In this document: positions 52,498-57,734 of the stretch, piece after piece
How positions within the stretch are numbered: the first letter of the stretch is position 1
Layout of the letters: every line of letters starts with the position of its first letter
NCBI GenBank assembly: GCA_030697525.1
Contig: JAUYPW010000030.1
Location: 1 to 57,734, forward strand
Source: a bacterium
GTDB lineage: Bacteria > Patescibacteriota > Minisyncoccia > Sungbacterales > HO2-52-23
Direction: 5' to 3'
Length of the DNA: 57,734 nucleotides
The notes under the pieces: model-generated
The model's database searches: none
The model's input: only the letters and a program-made list of their open reading frames with translations
Told to the model about the DNA's origin: nothing
Made by a program: the position numbers and the translations under genes

Positions 52498-53022
52498 TCA
52501 GTTCTGCGGCATAAATTTTTTCCATGACCGTTCCAGATTGAGCATTTTCCGGCGGATAAAAGTATATCTTTTGATCAAGTCTTCAAAAAATTCATGTTCA
52601 ATTTTAGTATCGCAAATATCGCGAAACTGCTCAATATAGACAATCGCCTTGTTGCAATTCAACATTGCTTTTTCTAAAGCCGCTATGCCGGCTGTGTGAT
52701 CGCCGAATCTCTGCGAATGAGCTTCGGCAATAAGATGAGGAATCCCTAAAACACAGGGTAACATATTTTTTAAAATAATTTCATCAATAAATAATCCTGT
52801 GCCGATAATTGAAACCGATGTTGCGTCAGTCCCTTGCCGAGATTGCAATTTCGGCTGGGACTTGCTAGAGAAATCTCGGTCAATCTCGGGAGCGAGACTT
52901 TTTACCTTCTTTGCAATCAAAACTGATATCTCAAGAGTTTTTTGATATACTTCCAAATCCTGAAAACTGCGCAATGGTTTCTTGGGATAAAAACTGGTTT
53001 TGGCTTGTTTACTAAAATACAT
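52498..53022 (-). CDS. four-helix-bundle protein (23S rRNA IVS protein / Avd-like family)
   Basis: The N-terminal SFQDLEVYQKTLEISV hallmark and later HLIAEAH (NIAEG-equivalent). A low-complexity insertion is present. Overlaps the upstream gene by 11 nt. Confidence 0.7.
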   Translation of the reverse strand: MYFSKQAKTSFYPKKPLRSFQDLEVYQKTLEISVLIAKKVKSLAPEIDRDFSSKSQPKLQSRQGTDATSVSIIGTGLFIDEIILKNMLPCVLGIPHLIAEAHSQRFGDHTAGIAALEKAMLNCNKAIVYIEQFRDICDTKIEHEFFEDLIKRYTFIRRKMLNLERSWKKFMPQN

Positions 53023-54187
53023 AGTTCGAGGGTTTGTTTGGCCTAATAGAATCTACGCGGTATCTTGTTTCGTTTATCCGGTATGTCCCTTCCTTTGTTC
53101 TTATGTTTTTTCTGCGGCTTTTTTTCTTATAGACTGCGTGCAGGGGGAAAAACTCAAAATAATTTTTTTCGTCAAACCAGGCGCATTTGAACTCATACAT
53201 CCTTAGGCCAGTCAGCCGTGACAGGGCCATGGCGTATAGAGTAAGCTGTTCAATGGGTTTTTCTTTGGCGGCATTCGGTTTGTAGTCCAAGATGTGAATT
53301 TGGCCGTTGCGTATTTGCAATAAATCAATGTGGCCCGTGATGAGAGATGGCAAGTCCTTTTCTTCCATTTTTTCCATCACGTTTCCGCGCAATTTTTTGT
53401 ATACTTCAAAACCGAGTTGGGTTTGCATATGCGCCAGGTCTTCCCGCTTGATGTAAATCGGCACTTCAGCCGCGACGGTAACTGTGTCGTTGGCCAGCAT
53501 GAAATTCTGCAGGACATTGTGCCGGTCTTTATTTTTTTTGACCGCCTGCAGAACAAAAGCCGTCAGCCGATTGGCATAATTAGTTTTAGAACGGACGATC
53601 ATCCCTTCTTTATTAAATTTCAAAGGGGCTTCGGAAGCGCGCAAGCCATCTTGAAAAAGCTGGTGAGGGCACTCGCTCGGCACCAAAGACAGATATTCAA
53701 CAAGTGGTCCGAAACGGGCGTGCTTTATATCCTCACGCACGATAAGGTTGGCTTTGGCGCGGTGGAAACGGAAGCGATATAACTGCCGATGGGCCAAAGT
53801 GGCCGTAACCACAGTATCTAAAGGCGAAAACATTTTTACAGCATACGGACGATAGCGATGATACCGGCATAAATCTTTGTACTCTTCCACCCAGTTGGCC
53901 AGAGAAGACGGCTGGATTTCAAAACCCAGTTTTTCTTTTACTATCCGACAGCTTTTATCCAACGAGAAACCTAGGTTATAATAATTCATTCCGGCGATAA
54001 TAGCTTCTGCGGAGTACTGCCTGCCCTTGATTATCCTCGGAGTAAAAGTCTTCAGGCACGAGCGGCACAAATACAGTTGTACTTGTTCCTGCTTATTGTA
54101 ACGCAGACCTCGTTTGACGGTGTTGGTTGAAGAACAATAAGAACAACTTTTGTTAGGGAAAATCATTAATTTATTTGATTTCTGCAA
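53012..54187 (-). CDS. zinc-ribbon (IS1/IS1595 InsA-like) plus PD-(D/E)xK (RecB/Cas4-like) nuclease-domain protein
   Basis: N-terminal CSYC-x17-CRSC followed by KTFT. C-terminal GHID(288)LLQIRNGQIHILD(301)YK(303) and QLTLY (the QxxxY motif). Overlaps hicA by 17 nt, or starts at M8 (54166). Confidence 0.6.
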   Translation of the reverse strand: MQKSNKLMIFPNKSCSYCSSTNTVKRGLRYNKQEQVQLYLCRSCLKTFTPRIIKGRQYSAEAIIAGMNYYNLGFSLDKSCRIVKEKLGFEIQPSSLANWVEEYKDLCRYHRYRPYAVKMFSPLDTVVTATLAHRQLYRFRFHRAKANLIVREDIKHARFGPLVEYLSLVPSECPHQLFQDGLRASEAPLKFNKEGMIVRSKTNYANRLTAFVLQAVKKNKDRHNVLQNFMLANDTVTVAAEVPIYIKREDLAHMQTQLGFEVYKKLRGNVMEKMEEKDLPSLITGHIDLLQIRNGQIHILDYKPNAAKEKPIEQLTLYAMALSRLTGLRMYEFKCAWFDEKNYFEFFPLHAVYKKKSRRKNIRTKEGTYRINETRYRVDSIRPNKPSNYVF

Positions 54188-54359
54188 CCCCTAAATCTCT
54201 GCAAATTTTCCTAGCAATAAAACCATTTATTTCTCTGTGCCTTGGCACGCTAGAAGTATTTTTCGTTGGAAAATTAAAAAAGATGCTGTGTTTAGCACCT
54301 TCCCTAAGCAGAACACAACCTTCTTTTATCAAATGATGTATTAGATCTTTCCTCTTCAT
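54171..54359 (-). CDS. hicA: HicA-family type II toxin (second copy, different subfamily)
   Basis: 62 aa. MKRKDLIHHLIKEGCVLLREGAKHSIFFN...VPRHREINGFIARKICRDLGV. Confidence 0.8.
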   Translation of the reverse strand: MKRKDLIHHLIKEGCVLLREGAKHSIFFNFPTKNTSSVPRHREINGFIARKICRDLGVAEIK

Positions 54360-54365
54360 TTAAAC

Positions 54366-54599
54366 TTAAACGCCAATGCTTATGGGTTCGCGTTTAACCG
54401 TTCCTTTTCTCACGGTTTCTGTGCGACTGACTATCCTGTTGGTCTCTAATACCAGAGATAGAGCGTCTTTTAGGTTTTCTTTCGTCTCTTTTAGGGTGCG
54501 GCCCTGGGTATTCACCCCAGGAATTTCCTCAACCCAGCCCAAATACCACTTGCCACTTTTTTTATAGACCGCGGTGAAATTTGAAATTAGATTAGTCAT
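54366..54599 (-). CDS. hicB: HicB-family antitoxin (second copy)
   Basis: 77 aa. KSGKWYLGWVEEIPGVNTQGRTLKETKENLKDAL. Confidence 0.75.
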   Translation of the reverse strand: MTNLISNFTAVYKKSGKWYLGWVEEIPGVNTQGRTLKETKENLKDALSLVLETNRIVSRTETVRKGTVKREPISIGV

Positions 54600-54611
54600 G
54601 GTTCATATATG

Positions 54612-54639
54612 ATTATACCAAAATAGAATTATAATGCAA
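54612..54639 (-). promoter_or_regulatory. candidate hicB promoter (TTGCAT, 16-nt spacer, TATAAT) with a very short leader
   Basis: Read on the minus strand. The -10 element ends 12 nt before the ATG at 54599, and no Shine-Dalgarno sequence is present. Confidence 0.35.
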
Positions 54640-54645
54640 ATTTTC

Positions 54646-54722
54646 TCATCTCACGACTTTTGCACCCCTCTATCTCACGAGTTTTGGAAATTTAGCGCTC
54701 TTGTCCAAAACTCGTGAGATGA
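54646..54722. repeat. nested inverted repeats with a 16-bp perfect core
   Basis: ATCTCACGAGTTTTGG (54672-87) and CCAAAACTCGTGAGAT (54705-20). An outer TCATCTCACGA lies at 54646-56, with its complement at 54712-22. Confidence 0.7.
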
Positions 54723-54753
54723 AATATCATGCAATTTCGGCGGTTTTCCAGCC

Positions 54754-57734
54754 CTACGGCATGGTGCTTGTGGCTGTAGTATCCGGCGTACTGCTGGCGG
54801 TTGTTGATTGGCTCGCGCATTCTCCTTTTGTCTTTACCCACTCCCCATTAGTAATACTCACACAATAAAGTTCTCCGGTGGCGCTATCCTTAATTTGCAA
54901 ATAATCAGTTGTGATTTTCTTGGCCGTCAAGGTTTCCACGACTAAATCTTTTAGAGTTACCAAACCATCTTGAATCCATACGCCCAACTTTTTTAATTCC
55001 TCAAGCACACCAGAAAAAGTGAGACCCCCTCCACTAGAATTTTGGCTTATTTTCTGTAAATCTTCCACCTTTAGGTTCAACTCCTGTATCGCTTTGATAT
55101 CTAGAGCAATGAGGTTGGAATAGTCAATACCGTCAATCAGTCCCTGATCGTCATGCATGACCACTTCTGGAATCACCTGATAAACATCTTCGGCAATCAG
55201 ACCGAGACGTTTGGCGGTTCGGGTGGTGCTGGAGCTGTTTATGTAGGTGAAAGACACGGGTTCCAACTGAAGAACATCTTTTAGTCCGTAAGTAAGAGGC
55301 GCGATGCTCTCCTTGAACCGACGGGAAGAAGTGCCGCAGGCGCCGTCTTTAATCTCTATTTCCCCAGAGGCGGCAATGGTGCAGAGAGTGCGGTCATCTG
55401 TTACCGCAACCGAGGTGGTAAGGCGCATGGTGCCAGATACATGCAAAGTTTGGAGGGGGTTCGTCGTCCCGATGCCGATGTTGCCGTTGGTATCTATGGT
55501 TAAAGCCGATCTTATGTCTGCCTGTCCCAAGTTTACATATGTAAAAACCCAGCCTTGATAAGCCGAAGAACCATCAGGCAAAGTTATACTCGTGGTCATA
55601 GGATGAAATGGCACTGAAGTTGGTGTCGGCAAGTCCACATCATGTGTCCCCATCTTGCCATTAGCCGGATCAAAGGCCTCAAAGGCGTGACCGATAATTT
55701 TTTCACCCGGTAGAGCTTTTCTACCTACACCGGGAATGGAGGAGGCAGTGATGGGATCGCCTGATTTTAAGACACCGCCTTCGGTGGAAACTTTTACGGG
55801 AGTGTAGCCGATGGTGGCCACTTTTTTAGCATTGTAAACTTGTTCGAGTTCGGCATCAGTTTTTTTACCAATATCGCTAACATCTTGCATAATGTCGTAA
55901 GAAACACCCACCAATCCCGGTTTTAAAGTAACCACGCCAATCAACAACCATTCCGAACCTTTAGTAGCTTTGGTGGCTTTTCTGTCGTTATCGGTTGAAA
56001 ACATAACTAATTCTCCGGGTTCATAATCGGATGGATTACCAACTACTCGTGTCCACTCGGCCACGTCGGCCGGAGTGGTGGCGGCGTTGTCGGAAAGCAT
56101 TGTGCCGTCGCCTCGGAATATAAATTCTGTGTCTCCACTATTACCAGAAAGATACTGGCCAAAATACCAACCCGTTCCTGCGGCTGTGGTGGTATCTAAT
56201 TGAATCATTTTGCTCGCAAAACTTGAAGAGGTGTTATCTGCATTAAGATATATATCGTCAGTACCTGAACCTTCTATTTTTAGTTTTCCATCCGGCGTGC
56301 TATCCCCAATACCCACATTCCCATTATTATCTATGTCTAATCTAGATAATTTATCTGAACCAGTCACAGCATTACCGCCCATAGCCGCAGATTGAATTAT
56401 AGAAAAAGTGCCAAAACCATTATCATTAGTTTTAATCGCCCAGTTTCTAGCTCCCGAATTAGCGCTTCCAGAAGTCAAAGCGATTGAGGGAACTTGAACT
56501 GTATTGTGAACTACTATACCTAAGTGATCTGTGGAAACACTAGTAGCTAATATCGCTGACGGACTCGTCGTCCCAATCCCGACGTTGCCGTCATTTTTAA
56601 TTGTCATTCGAGCCGACAAGGAAGAATCAGCGTTAGCCTTGTTATAGAACATAATATTACCCTCATTATTACCAGTAGAGACATTTTCTACACTAATAGA
56701 AGCTGAAACTGTTCCCTGATGAGCAAAACTGATAATACCATATCCTCCTGCCGACACTGTTCTTGAGCCGTTCAATTCCAAACGACCAATAACATTGCCT
56801 GTCTGTCCAGCACTAATAGTCAAAGCTAAACCATTCCCGCTGATATTAGGCGTCGTCGTCCCGATGCCGACGTTGCCGTCTCCGCGAAGAGATAAAACAT
56901 TTGTGTAAGCATCAGGAGTGGGACTATAACCATTATGTAATAGAAAATCCATTTTATTCGATGAGCCAACTGCTGGATCGCCACTGGTATGTGAGGTTTG
57001 TATTTTATGCCTATAGTCTGTGGGATAACCCGTATAAGAAAAAATAAGACTGTCTCCTAAGTTGCCGGCTGTGCCTCCTGCTTCTATTTCGGCAACACCT
57101 TTAACATGCAGTGTAGTGCTTGGCTCTGTCGTCCCGATGCCGACGTTGCCCGACCCCTTCACCACAAACAGAGGGGTGCTTGTTCCTTCATCTCCAATCA
57201 CAAACAAATTAGTGGCAGTAGTATTGGCTTCCACAGAAAGGAGTGCATACGGACTCGTCGTCCCGATGCCGACGTTGCCGTTAGGATCAATTCTCATCCT
57301 TTCACCATCGCCACTGTCGCCAGAGTTTGTTGTCCAAAAAGTAATAGCGGCTTGCTCATCAGTGGATGTTTGGACTGTCTGTAAAAAATATATGCCTGCT
57401 AAAGAATTAGAACTTGAAACATCCAGAGAAACTATGCCTGTAGCAATATCCGTGCCTGTGTTTGAATTTCTAAGAAATATTGAATCTCCATATAAATTTC
57501 CTACATCCGGAGCATTACTGTCGTCGGTAGTTATGGTTAAACCAGCAGTAGTACCTGTAATAGTCATTGGATTGGTCGTACCTTCAACATCCAAAAGGGC
57601 ATCGGGGGATGTATCCCCAATCCCGACGTTGCCCGACCCCTTCACCACAAACAAAGGGGTGCTTGTTCCTTCATCTCCAATCACAAACAAATTAGTGGCA
57701 GTAGTATTGGCTTCCACAGAAAGGAGTGCATACG
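54754..57734 (-). CDS. tail-fibre-like repeat protein with a C-terminal S74 intramolecular-chaperone domain (5' end outside the window)
   Basis: Seven GNVGIGTTxP-type repeats. The C-terminal GTSSRRFKESIAPL...GLIAEDV...IDYSNLIALDIKAIQEL (about 55054..55329) matches the endosialidase/tail-spike chaperone domain. The reading frame stays open to the window edge, and the track's M at 57717 is an internal GTG. Confidence 0.8.
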   Translation of the reverse strand, partial: YALLSVEANTTATNLFVIGDEGTSTPLFVVKGSGNVGIGDTSPDALLDVEGTTNPMTITGTTAGLTITTDDSNAPDVGNLYGDSIFLRNSNTGTDIATGIVSLDVSSSNSLAGIYFLQTVQTSTDEQAAITFWTTNSGDSGDGERMRIDPNGNVGIGTTSPYALLSVEANTTATNLFVIGDEGTSTPLFVVKGSGNVGIGTTEPSTTLHVKGVAEIEAGGTAGNLGDSLIFSYTGYPTDYRHKIQTSHTSGDPAVGSSNKMDFLLHNGYSPTPDAYTNVLSLRGDGNVGIGTTTPNISGNGLALTISAGQTGNVIGRLELNGSRTVSAGGYGIISFAHQGTVSASISVENVSTGNNEGNIMFYNKANADSSLSARMTIKNDGNVGIGTTSPSAILATSVSTDHLGIVVHNTVQVPSIALTSGSANSGARNWAIKTNDNGFGTFSIIQSAAMGGNAVTGSDKLSRLDIDNNGNVGIGDSTPDGKLKIEGSGTDDIYLNADNTSSSFASKMIQLDTTTAAGTGWYFGQYLSGNSGDTEFIFRGDGTMLSDNAATTPADVAEWTRVVGNPSDYEPGELVMFSTDNDRKATKATKGSEWLLIGVVTLKPGLVGVSYDIMQDVSDIGKKTDAELEQVYNAKKVATIGYTPVKVSTEGGVLKSGDPITASSIPGVGRKALPGEKIIGHAFEAFDPANGKMGTHDVDLPTPTSVPFHPMTTSITLPDGSSAYQGWVFTYVNLGQADIRSALTIDTNGNIGIGTTNPLQTLHVSGTMRLTTSVAVTDDRTLCTIAASGEIEIKDGACGTSSRRFKESIAPLTYGLKDVLQLEPVSFTYINSSSTTRTAKRLGLIAEDVYQVIPEVVMHDDQGLIDGIDYSNLIALDIKAIQELNLKVEDLQKISQNSSGGGLTFSGVLEELKKLGVWIQDGLVTLKDLVVETLTAKKITTDYLQIKDSATGELYCVSITNGEWVKTKGECASQSTTASSTPDTTATSTMP
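57142..57251. repeat. 110-nt intragenic direct repeat, copy 1 (copy 2 at 57625..57734)
   Basis: The two copies are 483 nt (161 codons) apart and identical except for one synonymous position (CTG vs TTG on the coding strand). Copy 2 is cut by the window end. Confidence 0.8.

Noticed and set aside
55440-57650. A CRISPR-like array, suggested by the recurring GTCGTCCCGATGCCGACGTTGCC motif.
   Set aside because: The copies are irregularly spaced, imperfect and all in frame within one ORF, where they encode GNVGIGTT. They are coding repeats, and no cas genes are present.
52498-57734. A diversity-generating retroelement (the four-helix-bundle Avd-like gene next to a repeat-containing fibre gene).
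   Set aside because: No reverse transcriptase is present in the window. The only long repeat pair (57142/57625) differs by a single C/T synonymous change, not by the adenine-specific TR/VR pattern.
51768-57734. A prophage call based on the tail-fibre-like gene and the toxin-antitoxin modules.
   Set aside because: No capsid, portal, terminase, integrase or lysis genes are in view. One structural-type gene is not enough evidence.
1-57734. An alternative genetic code (UGA or UAG reassignment, as in some CPR lineages).
   Set aside because: All conserved genes are full length under the standard code. TGA, TAA and TAG all occur as ORF-terminating stops at the expected protein ends.

Overview
57.7 kb, gene-dense and AT-rich (counted 60-nt lines are about 30-45 % GC), standard genetic code, and about 85 % of genes on the minus strand. 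The content is mostly housekeeping. It includes five aminoacyl-tRNA synthetases (leuS, metG, glyQS, ileS, argS), one-carbon enzymes (folD, glyA), glmS, smpB plus tmRNA, infC-rpmI-rplT, rpsT and holA. DNA-repair genes are also present: recO, polX, a Nudix hydrolase, an MGMT-family protein, ruvA and uvrB. The gene set, the many short overlaps between genes, the lineage-specific hypothetical surface proteins and the abundant small GC-rich hairpin repeats suggest a reduced Patescibacteria/CPR (Parcubacteria-like) genome. That assignment is an inference only.

Accessory or unusual content:
- A roughly 1-kb GC-rich islet encodes a collagen-like membrane protein behind a perfect consensus promoter.
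- Two co-linear 154-nt structured intergenic elements show compensatory stem changes; they lie upstream of folD and glyQS.
- An 81-nt palindromic element is translated in frame inside leuS.
- A complete histidine-phosphatase domain is inserted inside ileS, with a stand-alone paralog and a Cys/His-rich mini-ORF just upstream.
- Heptanucleotide tandem repeats sit inside ileS and argS.
- A tRNA-Arg-like gene has its T-loop split by a 40-nt double hairpin.
- There are three toxin-antitoxin pairs (one RelE/RHH, two HicBA).
- One HicBA pair is translationally coupled to a zinc-ribbon PD-(D/E)xK nuclease and a four-helix-bundle protein.
- A DEDD exonuclease-WYL fusion lies in a ruvA operon.
- A 5'-truncated tail-fibre-like giant protein carries an S74 intramolecular-chaperone domain.

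No rRNA, CRISPR array, integrase or transposase catalytic domain was recognised. Hand-derived coordinates (RNAs, repeats, promoters, revised starts) should be read as +/- 2 nt.
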